Shown: positions 20,332 through 30,769, counted from the stretch's first letter. The stretch: 64,000 nucleotides of DNA from an uncultured Bacilli bacterium (GCA_944359625.1 CALVSW010000005.1:10339-74338), one strand, 5' to 3'. Notes: generated from the sequence alone by a model not told the origin. Numbers and translations: made by a program.

Positions 20332-20703
20332 CTAATATTTTTTTTCTAAAAATTCATAGCCATAATTTATTTTTTCATCAAAGGTAACATAATTAAGATA
20401 AATCATTAAAATCAAATACCATTCGCCATTTTTAGGATTGCTAATTATTAAATGATCTCGTCCTGCTTGTTCAATTCTTCCTTCAAATATCTTATTGCGC
20501 CATTCGGTAGAATCAGGAAAGCTAACATAAGCTTTCACCATTTTTCCTTTATTTAGACGTAAGATATTTTCAATATAACTTTGTTCCATTGGTAAACTAA
20601 CTCCATAGTCATCTATGGTTTTATTACTATTATTATTCATATTTACTTCATAGTTACTTTGATTAGTTGGGAATGTTGGATTTTGATAATAAGTTCCGTT
20701 CAT
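20332..20703 (-). CDS. gerQ: Spore coat protein GerQ
   Basis: EQSYIENILRLNKGK...F.G.IEQAGRDHLIIS.P...YLILMIYL.YV.FDE.INY matches the GerQ family. Confidence 0.88.
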   Translation of the reverse strand: MNGTYYQNPTFPTNQSNYEVNMNNNSNKTIDDYGVSLPMEQSYIENILRLNKGKMVKAYVSFPDSTEWRNKIFEGRIEQAGRDHLIISNPKNGEWYLILMIYLNYVTFDEKINYGYEFLEKKY

Positions 20704-20779
20704 AATCTCTCCTCTCCATAAAATATATGCAAAATATAAAAAATGTTGTATAATGTTTTTGTATAATAAAGGTGATGGT

Positions 20780-21679
20780 ATGAATTTAAATATTGATTAT
20801 ATATGTCAAGTGTTTAAACAAAAAAACTTAATTTTACGTTTACTAGTTTTTGTAGTAGCTGTTTTTGTTTTATCCTTAAACTATAATGTATTTATAACCC
20901 CTAATAATTTTAATATTGGTGGTACAAGTGGGTTAGCAGTTATAATTAATAGCTTATTTAATATAAAACCATCTTTATTTATACTAATAAGTAGCATAAT
21001 TTTACTTATTATATCTTATTTTACACTTGATAAAAATCAAACTTATCGTAGTATAATTGGCGCATTTTTATACCCTTTATTTATCTCATTAACTGAGCCA
21101 TTAGCTAGAATTATTATTCCTTATGTTGATTTTTCAAATATTTTAATTACTATTATTATCGGTGGTGCTTTATTTGGAATATGTACTGGTTTTATTTATA
21201 AAACAGGATTTACTACTGGCGGTGGGGATATAGTAATAAAAATTATTAGTAAATATAACCATATTAGTGATGGTAATTCGCAAATAATTGCTAATGGGAC
21301 AATTATTATATTAGGAACGTTTGTTTTTGGTGTTGCCAATTTAATATATTCTTTAATTCTTATTGTTATATCCGCTTTATTAGTTGATAAAATCCTTTTA
21401 GGAATTTCTGATAGTAAAATGTTTATAATTTATACTAAAAAAGTTGATGAACTTCAAAATATTCTTTTAAAGAATATGGCAACTGGTGTAACGATATTTA
21501 ATACTCAAGGGGGATATAAAGGTGAAAAAAGAAAAATGTTAATGGTTGTTGTTCCTAATAGTCTTTATTATCTAGTAAAAGAAACAATATTAAATATTGA
21601 TAGTGAAGCCTTTTTTATAATTAGTGATTGTTATGAGGTAAAAGGAGGGGTTAAGAAAAAAAGATATTCATTTATTTAG
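20780..21679 (+). CDS. YitT-family membrane protein
   Basis: GGTSGLA, GFTTGGGD, GVT....GGY, ID..AF.II.D..EV.GG. Confidence 0.9.
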   Translation: MNLNIDYICQVFKQKNLILRLLVFVVAVFVLSLNYNVFITPNNFNIGGTSGLAVIINSLFNIKPSLFILISSIILLIISYFTLDKNQTYRSIIGAFLYPLFISLTEPLARIIIPYVDFSNILITIIIGGALFGICTGFIYKTGFTTGGGDIVIKIISKYNHISDGNSQIIANGTIIILGTFVFGVANLIYSLILIVISALLVDKILLGISDSKMFIIYTKKVDELQNILLKNMATGVTIFNTQGGYKGEKRKMLMVVVPNSLYYLVKETILNIDSEAFFIISDCYEVKGGVKKKRYSFI

Positions 21680-21702
21680 TGTTATGGAAGTAAGGTGAAA
21701 AA

Positions 21703-22404
21703 ATGAAATTTATAGAGATAAAAAATTGTTCAAAGGTATATAAAAATGGAGTAACGGCCATTGCTAATTTAGATTTAGAAATAAAAAAAGGCGAATTTGT
21801 TTTTATTATAGGTACTACTGCATCAGGAAAATCAACTTTGATAAAAATGTTATATAGAGAAGAAAAACCTACTAAAGGTGAAGTAATGGTTGGTGGTATC
21901 AATGTTGGCAAGTTAAGAAATGGTAAAGTTTACAAATTACGTCGTAAAATTGGCGTAGTATTTCAAGATTTTAAACTATTACCAAAACTTAGTGTTTATG
22001 AAAATGTTGCTTTTGGTTTAGAAACAATTGGAATGAAAGCAAAGGAGATAAGACCTAAAGTATTAAGCGCCTTAGAAAGAGTTGGCTTAAAAAGTAAGTT
22101 AAGATGTTTTCCACGAGAGTTAAGTGGTGGCGAACAACAACGTGTTTGTATTGCTAGAGCCATTGTTAATGAACCTAAACTTTTAATATGTGATGAACCT
22201 ACGGGAAATTTAGATCCTGATACATCTAAAGAAATTATGAAAGTTATAGATTCTATTAATAAAGATTTAGGAACTACAGTTGTAATGGCTACTCACGATA
22301 AAGATATTGTTAATCGTATGAAAAAAAGAGTAGTAACAATCGATTCTGGAATTAAAGTTAGTGATGTAGAGAAAGGGGGATATAAAGTTCATGAGAGTGC
22401 TTAG
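21703..22404 (+). CDS. ftsE: Cell division ATP-binding protein FtsE
   Basis: VFQDFKLL, LSGGEQQRV, DEPTGNLDP, ATHD; upstream of ftsX. Confidence 0.95.
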   Translation: MKFIEIKNCSKVYKNGVTAIANLDLEIKKGEFVFIIGTTASGKSTLIKMLYREEKPTKGEVMVGGINVGKLRNGKVYKLRRKIGVVFQDFKLLPKLSVYENVAFGLETIGMKAKEIRPKVLSALERVGLKSKLRCFPRELSGGEQQRVCIARAIVNEPKLLICDEPTGNLDPDTSKEIMKVIDSINKDLGTTVVMATHDKDIVNRMKKRVVTIDSGIKVSDVEKGGYKVHESA

Positions 22405-23284
22405 AATTTTTATACGTAATTTTCGTGATTCTTTAAGAAGTGTTTTTCGTAATTTTAGTTTATCTATTGCTTCAATAACTTGTATAACTATTACATTAAT
22501 ATTAGTTTCCTTATCAATTGTTATTTCCGCTAATTTATATCATTTTACAAAAACACTTGAAGAAGAATTAACGATTATAGTTTATTTAAATGAAGATGTT
22601 GATAGTGCTAAAGAGCAACAAATTGAAGCTGCTATTAAGGGTATGGATTCTTATGAATTTTTAGAATTTAAATCTAAAGAAGAGTGGAAAAAAGAAATGC
22701 AAGAAACATCGAGTGAATTAAGTGCAACTTTAGAATATCTGGATACTAATCCGTTACTTGATTCAATCACGGTAAAAGTATTAGATATAAAAGATTTAGC
22801 TAGTTCTGCAGAATATATTAGAGGTTTAGATGGTGTTAAATCAGCAAAATACGGTGAAGATACAGTAGATAAAATTATATTTATATTTGATGTAATGGAA
22901 AAAGCTACTATTGTAATTGTATTAGCACTTATTTTGGTTACAGCATTCTTAATTAGTAATACTATTAAATTAACTATTTTTTCTCGTCGTAACGAAATTG
23001 AAATAATGAGATTAGTTGGTACAAGAAATATTGTAATTCGCCAACCATTTATTATAGAAGGTTTTATCTTAGGCGTAATTGGTTCTATTATTCCGATAAT
23101 AATAACTGTTTATGGTTATATAATATTTTATGATCATTTTGATGGCTACTTATTTTCTCATATGGTAGAACTTTTAAATCCTACAGCTTTAATATGGAAA
23201 GTTTCTTTAATAATTATGATTATAGGAGGTATTGTAGGTATGTTTGGTAGTTCAAGAGCAGTTAGGAAGTATTTAAAGATATGA
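22391..23284 (+). CDS. ftsX: Cell division permease FtsX
   Basis: ISNTIKLTIFSRRNEIEIMRLVG...IRQPFIIEG. Confidence 0.95.
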   Translation: MRVLRIFIRNFRDSLRSVFRNFSLSIASITCITITLILVSLSIVISANLYHFTKTLEEELTIIVYLNEDVDSAKEQQIEAAIKGMDSYEFLEFKSKEEWKKEMQETSSELSATLEYLDTNPLLDSITVKVLDIKDLASSAEYIRGLDGVKSAKYGEDTVDKIIFIFDVMEKATIVIVLALILVTAFLISNTIKLTIFSRRNEIEIMRLVGTRNIVIRQPFIIEGFILGVIGSIIPIIITVYGYIIFYDHFDGYLFSHMVELLNPTALIWKVSLIIMIIGGIVGMFGSSRAVRKYLKI

Positions 23285-24492
23285 TAAAAAAGATAGTAAG
23301 AATAAGCTTATGCTTTCTATTATTAATTCCTTATTTTTTAGAACCATTTGCCGTTAATGCTTCTTCTAAAGCAACGACTATAGCAGGGTTAAAGGAAGAA
23401 TTAGAAAATTTAAAAAAGCAAAAAAAAGATGCTGCAAATGATAAAAAACAAACTCAAAGTGAAATTGCTAAAAAAAATGCACAAATAGTAGCTGCAAGAG
23501 AAGAACAAGATAAGATTACTGAAGATATTGCTAAAGCTGAATTAGAGATTAGTGAATCTAATGAAAAGATAGAAAAGTCTAAAGAAGAAATAGATTCACT
23601 TATGAAATATTATCAATTATCTAGTAGTGAAAATGTATATTTAGAATATATTACGGGAGCATCAACACCAACTGAATTTGTAATGCGTGTAGAAGCTGTA
23701 TCTCAGATTTCCGACTATTATCATCGTAAAATAGATGAATTAAATGAATTAATAACTAAAAATGAAAATTTAAAAGTTGAGTTAGCTAATAAAAAAGTTG
23801 AGTTAGAAGAAGTAATAGAAAAAAATAGTAAACTTTTAGATAGTTTAAATGATCAAATTAGTGAAATTAATGAAATAAATGAAGATATAGATTCGCAAAT
23901 AAAAAATCAAGAAGCTTTAATTAAATATTATCAAACAGTATGTAGTTCTGATACACAATTATTAAGTAGTTGTGTTAGTGTTGCTGCATCCACTGGTTGG
24001 TTAAGACCATTAGTTAAAGGAAAGATAACTTCAAACTGGGGATATCGTGGTGTAATTATATCGGGAACTTCATCTTTCCATAATGGAATAGATATCGGTG
24101 GTAATAATGAAGGCACACCAATTTATGCAACTGCTAGTGGTACTGTTGCCGCTGTTACAAGAAAATCTAGTTGTGGTGGGAACATTGTCTATATTCATAA
24201 TAATGTTAATGGAAAAGCTTATACAACTCAGTTTGCACATTTATTATCAATTAAAGTAAGTGTTGGTGATGAAGTAGATGTCAATACTGTTATTGGTACT
24301 GTTGGTGGTGGTCCCCAAACATGGTCATGGGATAAATGTTCTACTGGAAAACATTTACACTATGGTATTTCTACTGGTTACTATTTAGGTGGTGGTGCTG
24401 ATGGCTACTCATCTTGGTCTAAATTTATTGCAAATTCCATTAAACCAACTGGATTCCCAGCAAAAGGTGTAACTTGGTATAATAGAGGTTAA
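23281..24492 (+). CDS. Coiled-coil M23 murein hydrolase (FtsEX-controlled, EnvC-like architecture)
   Basis: Signal peptide, long coiled coil, M23 with HNGID and HLH. Confidence 0.88.
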   Translation: MIKKIVRISLCFLLLIPYFLEPFAVNASSKATTIAGLKEELENLKKQKKDAANDKKQTQSEIAKKNAQIVAAREEQDKITEDIAKAELEISESNEKIEKSKEEIDSLMKYYQLSSSENVYLEYITGASTPTEFVMRVEAVSQISDYYHRKIDELNELITKNENLKVELANKKVELEEVIEKNSKLLDSLNDQISEINEINEDIDSQIKNQEALIKYYQTVCSSDTQLLSSCVSVAASTGWLRPLVKGKITSNWGYRGVIISGTSSFHNGIDIGGNNEGTPIYATASGTVAAVTRKSSCGGNIVYIHNNVNGKAYTTQFAHLLSIKVSVGDEVDVNTVIGTVGGGPQTWSWDKCSTGKHLHYGISTGYYLGGGADGYSSWSKFIANSIKPTGFPAKGVTWYNRG

Positions 24493-24500
24493 TAAATAAA

Positions 24501-24530
24501 TAACTATCCGTTGTGGATAGTTATTTATTT
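24501..24530. terminator. Bidirectional terminator
   Basis: taactatcc-gttgt-ggatagtta flanked by A- and T-rich runs between convergent genes. Confidence 0.7.
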
Positions 24531-24904
24531 TGTTTTTTAACTGGCATTTGGTCAGTTAACCCTTCTACTAAATCTCTTTTTCTAATTGCCTCACTATACC
24601 AAATACATTCATCTTTTTCTTTATCTTTTAACATTAAGAAATTATTTAACATTTTATAAGTTTTAGGATTCATACTTTTAATATTATATCCAGTAAGAGG
24701 GGAATCATCATCTATACGTCCTAATAAATAATCAGTTGATGTGTTTAAATATTCAGCAATTTTTATTAAAGCATCACAACTAGGTAGTGCTTTATCACTT
24801 TCATAAGCACTTATTGTTTCTTGTTTTACATTAATGGCATTAGCTAAATCAACTTGGGTAATTTTTCTTTTAATTCTAATCTTCTTTATATTATTCATAA
24901 ACAC
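24521..24904 (-). CDS. XRE-family HTH transcriptional regulator
   Basis: ITQVDLA..INV....ISAYE....LP....LI.IA..LN.S.DYLLGR. The protein reads on the reverse complement (GAGAGG RBS; stop at 24521-24523), although the ORF track labels it '+'. Confidence 0.9.
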   Translation of the reverse strand: MFMNNIKKIRIKRKITQVDLANAINVKQETISAYESDKALPSCDALIKIAEYLNTSTDYLLGRIDDDSPLTGYNIKSMNPKTYKMLNNFLMLKDKEKDECIWYSEAIRKRDLVEGLTDQMPVKKQNK

Positions 24905-24955
24905 CTCTCTATATAAACTATATTTATATTATATTATAAATTTTAATATATGTAA

Positions 24956-24977
24956 ATATCATAAATATTTATGATAT
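24956..24977. promoter_or_regulatory. Perfect 22-bp palindrome, candidate operator overlapping an extended -10
   Basis: ATATCATAAAT|ATTTATGATAT; overlaps TGATATAAT at 24972-24980. Confidence 0.5.
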
Positions 24978-24987
24978 AATCTATATA

Positions 24988-25815
24988 GTGATTTTTATGC
25001 AGTTTAAAAAAATATATATTGAAATAACTAATTCTTGTAATCTTAAATGCAGCTTTTGTCCAGGTAATATGCGAAAAAAAGAATTTTTAGAATTTGATAA
25101 GTTTAAATTATTATTAGAAAAAATTAAACCATATACTAAGTATTTATATTTTCATTTAATGGGAGAGCCTTTATTACATCCTTTAATAAATGAATTTATA
25201 GATTATGCTAGTCAGTATTTTAAAATTAATATAACTACTAATGGTTACTATATTAAAAAGATTGAAAACAATAAAAATATTAGACAATTAAATATTTCTT
25301 TACAAGCTTTTAACAATGATAGTGAAGATTATTTAATGAATATTATTGAAGTTACTAATAAATTAATAAAAAATGGAACAATAGTTAATTTTCGGGTATG
25401 GAATAATACGGAAACTACTACTAAGCTAATTAATAAAATAGAAGAATATTATAAAGTTAGTATTAATGGTAATACTAAAATAAAAGATAATTTATATGTT
25501 GATTATGCTACTATATTTAATTGGCCAGATATAAATAATAATTATTATAATGAATATGGTAGTTGTATGGCACTAAGAACTCATATAGGAATACTAGTAG
25601 ATGGTAGTGTTGTTCCATGTTGCTTAGATTATAATGGTAATCTTTGTTTAGGAAATATATATAAAGATAATCTTGTGGATATTTTACAATCTCCAAAAGC
25701 TATTAATTTACTTTATAATTTCAAAAATAATAAAAAAGTAGAAGAAATGTGTCGCCATTGTGATTTTTATGATAGAATAACGAAGAAAAAAGCGAGGGAT
25801 AAAAATGAAAGATAA
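24988..25815 (+). CDS. Radical SAM protein with SPASM/twitch domain
   Basis: CNLKCSFC, MGEPLLHP, TTNG, C...DGSVVPCC...LGNI...CRHC. Confidence 0.92.
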   Translation: MIFMQFKKIYIEITNSCNLKCSFCPGNMRKKEFLEFDKFKLLLEKIKPYTKYLYFHLMGEPLLHPLINEFIDYASQYFKINITTNGYYIKKIENNKNIRQLNISLQAFNNDSEDYLMNIIEVTNKLIKNGTIVNFRVWNNTETTTKLINKIEEYYKVSINGNTKIKDNLYVDYATIFNWPDINNNYYNEYGSCMALRTHIGILVDGSVVPCCLDYNGNLCLGNIYKDNLVDILQSPKAINLLYNFKNNKKVEEMCRHCDFYDRITKKKARDKNER

Positions 25816-28615
25816 AATAATAATTAGAGGAGCACGTGAAAATAATTTAAAGAATGTTAATCTCGATTTACCAAAAAATTCATTAATAGTAATGACAGGT
25901 GTATCTGGCTCTGGAAAAAGTTCTTTAGCATTTGATACCATTTATGCTGAAGGACAGCGCCGTTTTGTAGAAAGCTTGTCAAGTTATGCTAGACAATTTT
26001 TAGGTAATTCTGATAAACCAGATGTTGATTCAATCGAGGGGTTAAGTCCTAGTATTGCAATTGATCAAAAAACAACTAATAATAATCCTCGTAGTACAGT
26101 AGGAACAGTAACGGAAATTTATGATTATTTAAAATTATTATATGCTAGAATTGGTATACCTTATTGTCCTAATCATCATGAGCCAATAATGCATCAAAGT
26201 ATCGATGAAATGACTAACAAGGTTATGGAATTTCCGGAAGGAACAAAGTTAGAGATTATGGCTCCAGTTGTTCGTGATGAAAAAGGTGCTCATAAGGAAC
26301 TTTTAGATGATTTACGTAAAGAAGGTTATACTAGAATTAGGTTAAACGGGGAATTACGTAATTTAGATGATGATATTGTTTTAGAAAAAAATATTAAAGA
26401 TACTATAGATGTTATTATCGATCGTATTGTTTTAGCACCAGATCAAAGAAGTAGAGTTTTTGAAGCTATTGAAGCAGCAACTAACTTAGCAGATGGAATG
26501 GTTTTAATTCATATCATTGATGGGGAAGAAATTTTATGGAGTGAGAAGTTTGCATGTATTAAATGTAATTACTCTATTCCAGATTTAGAACCAAGAATGT
26601 TTTCTTTTAATGCTCCTTTTGGAGCTTGTCCAGATTGTAAAGGACTTGGATTTAAAAAAACTATTTCTAAGGATTTATTAGTACCAGATGATTCTTTATC
26701 AATAAATCAAGGCGCTATAAAGACTATGAGCGATGAACAAAATATTTTTTATACTGATGTTAAAACTGCTTGTGATTTTTATCATATAGATATGGACAAG
26801 CCTTTTAAAAAGTTAACTAAAAAAGAAAAAGATATAGTATTTTATGGCTCAAAAGAACCACTAAATTTTGTTTATACTGCTAAAAATGGAAATAAAAGAA
26901 TTTCGAAAGGATATTATGAAGGGGTAATAAATAATTTAGAACGTAGATATATTGAAACAACAAGTAATTGGATAAGAGACTGGTTAGATAATTTTATGAT
27001 GGAATTAGATTGTCCAACTTGTCATGGTGCAAGATTAAAAGAAAGTGTTTTAAATGTCTTTATTAATAAGAAAAATATTTACCAAATGACTCAAATGAGT
27101 ATTGGTGAACTTTTAGACTTTATAAAAAATTTAAAATTAAATAAAGAAGAAAAAGAAATAAGTAATCTTATTTTAAAAGAAATTATTAATCGTCTAGAAT
27201 TTTTAAAAAATGTTGGTCTTGATTATTTGACTTTAGATCGTATGGCTGGCACATTATCTGGTGGTGAATTACAAAGAATTCGTTTAGCTACGCAAATTGG
27301 TTCAAAATTAAGTGGAGTTCTATACGTTTTAGATGAACCTAGTATTGGTTTACATCAAAAGGATAACGATAAATTAATTGCTTCGCTAAAAGAAATGGTA
27401 GATCTTGGGAATACTTTAATTGTAGTTGAACATGATACTGATACGATGCTTGCAGCCGATTATTTAGTTGATGTTGGGCCCGGTGCTGGATTAAAAGGTG
27501 GGGAAATAGTAGCTTGTGGAACCCCACAAGAAGTAATGAATAATCCAAAATCTTTAACAGGTAGATATTTAGCTGGAATAGAAAAAATTGAAGTTCCTAA
27601 GAAAAGAAGAAAAGGTAATGGTAAATTTTTAGAAGTTATTGGAGCTGAAGAGCATAATTTAAAAAATATTAATGTTAAAATACCTTTAGGTAAGTTTGTC
27701 TGTGTTACTGGGGTATCTGGCTCTGGAAAAAGTTCATTAGTAAATGAAATTATTTATAAAGCAGTATTTAAAAATATATATCCAAAGTCTAAAATTATGC
27801 CTGGTAAATATAAAAAGATAAAGGGATTAGATTATATTGATAAAGTAATTCAAATTACTCAGGATCCAATTGGGCGTACACCACGATCTAATCCAGCAAC
27901 GTATGTTGGCGTTTTTGATGATATTCGTGAATTATTAGCAGAAATGAAAGAATCTAAAATGCGTGGATTTACAAAAAGTCGTTTTTCCTTTAATGTCAGA
28001 GGTGGACGTTGTGAAGCTTGTTATGGTGATGGTGTAAAAAAAATAGAAATGCATTTTTTACCAGATGTTTATGTTCCTTGTGATGTTTGTGGGGGAACTA
28101 GGTATAATAAAGATACTTTACAAATTAAATATAAAGGTAAGAATATTGCTGAAATATTAAAAATGCGAGTTGAAGAAGCTGTAGATTTCTTTGAAAATGT
28201 ACCAAAAATTAAACAAAAGTTAGATATTATGATGGACGTTGGTTTATCTTATGTAGAACTTGGTCAAGGAGCTCCAACTTTATCTGGTGGTGAAGCAGGA
28301 CGTGTAAAACTTGCTAAAGAATTACAAAAGAAACCTACTGGTAAGAGTTTATATATTTTAGATGAACCAACAACTGGTTTACACTCCGATGATATTAAAA
28401 AACTTTTAGTAATTTTACAAAGAATTGTTGATAATGGTGATACCGTTTTAGTTATTGAACATAATTTAGATGTAATTAAAGTTAGTGATTATATAATTGA
28501 TTTAGGACCAGATGGTGGTAATGGTGGTGGTGAAGTAATTGCTACCGGAACTCCTGAAGAAGTAAGTTGTAATCCAAAGTCTTATACTGGATTATATTTA
28601 AAAAAATATCTGTAA
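25805..28615 (+). CDS. uvrA: Excinuclease ABC subunit A
   Basis: Two GVSGSGKSSL Walker A motifs, LSGGE signatures, zinc fingers. Confidence 0.98.
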   Translation: MKDKIIIRGARENNLKNVNLDLPKNSLIVMTGVSGSGKSSLAFDTIYAEGQRRFVESLSSYARQFLGNSDKPDVDSIEGLSPSIAIDQKTTNNNPRSTVGTVTEIYDYLKLLYARIGIPYCPNHHEPIMHQSIDEMTNKVMEFPEGTKLEIMAPVVRDEKGAHKELLDDLRKEGYTRIRLNGELRNLDDDIVLEKNIKDTIDVIIDRIVLAPDQRSRVFEAIEAATNLADGMVLIHIIDGEEILWSEKFACIKCNYSIPDLEPRMFSFNAPFGACPDCKGLGFKKTISKDLLVPDDSLSINQGAIKTMSDEQNIFYTDVKTACDFYHIDMDKPFKKLTKKEKDIVFYGSKEPLNFVYTAKNGNKRISKGYYEGVINNLERRYIETTSNWIRDWLDNFMMELDCPTCHGARLKESVLNVFINKKNIYQMTQMSIGELLDFIKNLKLNKEEKEISNLILKEIINRLEFLKNVGLDYLTLDRMAGTLSGGELQRIRLATQIGSKLSGVLYVLDEPSIGLHQKDNDKLIASLKEMVDLGNTLIVVEHDTDTMLAADYLVDVGPGAGLKGGEIVACGTPQEVMNNPKSLTGRYLAGIEKIEVPKKRRKGNGKFLEVIGAEEHNLKNINVKIPLGKFVCVTGVSGSGKSSLVNEIIYKAVFKNIYPKSKIMPGKYKKIKGLDYIDKVIQITQDPIGRTPRSNPATYVGVFDDIRELLAEMKESKMRGFTKSRFSFNVRGGRCEACYGDGVKKIEMHFLPDVYVPCDVCGGTRYNKDTLQIKYKGKNIAEILKMRVEEAVDFFENVPKIKQKLDIMMDVGLSYVELGQGAPTLSGGEAGRVKLAKELQKKPTGKSLYILDEPTTGLHSDDIKKLLVILQRIVDNGDTVLVIEHNLDVIKVSDYIIDLGPDGGNGGGEVIATGTPEEVSCNPKSYTGLYLKKYL

Positions 28616-28649
28616 ATATATAAATTTATTTGCTAAAATAATATAGAAG

Positions 28650-29450
28650 GTGATAGTAATGAATCCAGTTGCATTTAGTATTGGTTCTTTAGAAATAAAA
28701 TGGTATTCTCTTTGTATTTTATTAGGAGCTATTTTAGCTTATATATTAATTTTAAAAGAAGCTAAGAAATTTAAAATAAATGAAGATTTTATATTTAATT
28801 TATTTTTCTATACATTGATATTCGGTATATTAGGAGCTAGATTATATTATGTTTTATTTAATTGGAATTTATATGCCAGTGACATTCCTTCAATATTTGC
28901 TATTTGGAATGGTGGTTTGGCAATACATGGGGGAATAATTGCTGGTCTTATAACTATTTATATCTATACTAAAAAACATAATGTCAGATTTTTAAAAATA
29001 TTGGATATTATAGCCCCAGGCCTATTAATAGCACAAGCTATCGGACGTTGGGGAAATTTCTTTAATCAAGAAGCTCATGGAACTGCAACGACAATCTTAA
29101 ATTTGCAAGAAAAATTTATACCCCGTTTTATAATTGAAGGAATGAATATTAATGGTATTTATTATGAACCAACATTTTATTATGAATCTATTTGGTGTGT
29201 ACTTGGTTTTATTATTCTTCTAGTTACAAGACGTAAGAAAAATATTAAAGTTGGTACTATTTGTTCATTATATTTAATTTGGTATGGTTTAGGAAGATTT
29301 GCTATAGAAAGTATGCGTACTGATTCGTTAATGTTAGGACCATTTAAAGTAGCCCAAATTGTATCAATTGCCATGGTACTTATTGGGATAATTATAATTA
29401 TTTTGAATTTTAAAAAGAGTAAATATGAAGATTTATATAATAATTATTAG
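28650..29450 (+). CDS. lgt: Prolipoprotein diacylglyceryl transferase
   Basis: GARLYYV, GGLAIHGG, QAIGRWGNFFNQE, PTFYYES. Confidence 0.96.
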   Translation: MIVMNPVAFSIGSLEIKWYSLCILLGAILAYILILKEAKKFKINEDFIFNLFFYTLIFGILGARLYYVLFNWNLYASDIPSIFAIWNGGLAIHGGIIAGLITIYIYTKKHNVRFLKILDIIAPGLLIAQAIGRWGNFFNQEAHGTATTILNLQEKFIPRFIIEGMNINGIYYEPTFYYESIWCVLGFIILLVTRRKKNIKVGTICSLYLIWYGLGRFAIESMRTDSLMLGPFKVAQIVSIAMVLIGIIIIILNFKKSKYEDLYNNY

Positions 29451-29461
29451 GAGGAATTAAA

Positions 29462-30352
29462 ATGTTTGATTTAATAATTATCGGTATGGGTCCGGCTGGA
29501 ATTGCAGCTAGTATTTATGCTAAAAGAAGTAATTTAAAAGTACTTTGTTTAGAAAAGGGCATGATTGGTGGCGAATTAAATTATATTGACAAAATAGATA
29601 ATTATCCAGGGTTAAACGATATTTCTGGTTCAGCTCTTGCCTATAAACTTTTAGAACATATAGATGAAATGAAAATTGATTATCGTTTTGAAACTGTAAA
29701 AGATATTTTAAAAAAAGACAATTATTATGAAATAGAAACAAATAAAGAAAAATATACAACTAAATATATAATTTTAGCAACGGGAAGAAAAGCTCGTAAA
29801 TTAGGTTTAGAAAATGAAGATACTTTTTTAGGACGTGGTATAAGTTATTGTGCTATATGTGATGGAGCCTTTTTTAAAAATAAAGTTGTTAGCGTTGTAG
29901 GCGGTGGAATGGCTGCTTTAGAAGAAGCCTTATATTTAGCTAATATAGTTAAAAAAGTTTATTTAATACATCGTCGTGATAAGTTTAATGCAACACCAAG
30001 TATTATAGAAAAGATAATTAATAATCCTAAAATAGAAATATTATATAATGAGGAAGTTGTTAAGTTAAATGGTAAAGATCATTTAGAAAGTATTGAATTA
30101 AAAAGTGGTAAAGAAATTTTTACATCTGGTTTATTTATTTATATAGGATATACCCCAAATATTGATTATCTTAAAAATTTAGATATTTTAGGTTCTAAAG
30201 GATATGCTATCGTAGATAAAAATTTTAAAACTAAACAAGATGGTATATATGCTGTAGGAGATTTAGTTGAAAAAAATAATTATCAAATTTTATTAGCAAT
30301 GGCTGATGGAATTACAGCTTCTTTAGATGTTACTAATAATCTACTCAAGTAA
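29462..30352 (+). CDS. trxB: Thioredoxin-disulfide reductase
   Basis: GMGPAG, GISYCAICDG, IHRRD, YAVGD. Confidence 0.9.
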   Translation: MFDLIIIGMGPAGIAASIYAKRSNLKVLCLEKGMIGGELNYIDKIDNYPGLNDISGSALAYKLLEHIDEMKIDYRFETVKDILKKDNYYEIETNKEKYTTKYIILATGRKARKLGLENEDTFLGRGISYCAICDGAFFKNKVVSVVGGGMAALEEALYLANIVKKVYLIHRRDKFNATPSIIEKIINNPKIEILYNEEVVKLNGKDHLESIELKSGKEIFTSGLFIYIGYTPNIDYLKNLDILGSKGYAIVDKNFKTKQDGIYAVGDLVEKNNYQILLAMADGITASLDVTNNLLK

Positions 30353-30409
30353 AGTTAATTAACTTTATTTTTTTCTATAATTGTGATAATATTTAGCCGT
30401 GGTGAAAAA

Positions 30410-30769
30410 ATGAAAAATGCGCTTGTATATGCCTACATTGGTGATTCTATCTATGAATTTTATATTCGTAAATATTTAATTGATAGTAATATTTGTAAAA
30501 TCCATGATTTACAACAAGCTAGTTTAAATTATGTATCAGCTAAGAGTCAAAGAAGAATATGTGAAACATTAATTAATGAAAAATTCTTTACAGATGAAGA
30601 ATTAGATTTAATTCGTTGGGGAAGAAATCAACATGGTAGTAAAGCAAAGTCAACTGATATTGTAACCTATAGAATCGCTACAGGTTTAGAATGCTTAATA
30701 GGGTATTTATATTATGATAATAAATTGGATAGATTAAAAAGTATCATGGAAAGGATTTGTAAATTATGA
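30410..30769 (+). CDS. mrnC: Mini-ribonuclease III
   Basis: AYIGDSIYE, YVSAKSQ, GRN, YR.ATGLECLIGYL. Confidence 0.92.
   Translation: MKNALVYAYIGDSIYEFYIRKYLIDSNICKIHDLQQASLNYVSAKSQRRICETLINEKFFTDEELDLIRWGRNQHGSKAKSTDIVTYRIATGLECLIGYLYYDNKLDRLKSIMERICKL

Noticed and set aside
24521-24904. ORF track lists the XRE ORF on the + strand
   Set aside because: The listed protein is encoded by the reverse complement (RBS and start near 24904, stop at 24521), so it is annotated as minus strand
1340-25400. Possible codon reassignment (AGG or CGG, as described in some uncultured Bacilli; TGA=Trp as in Mollicutes)
   Set aside because: AGG encodes the conserved Arg in ParB GERRxRA, CGG sits at an Arg-typical position in the radical SAM (FRVWN), TGA ends genes (17248, 39300) and Trp uses TGG; only a few codons were checked
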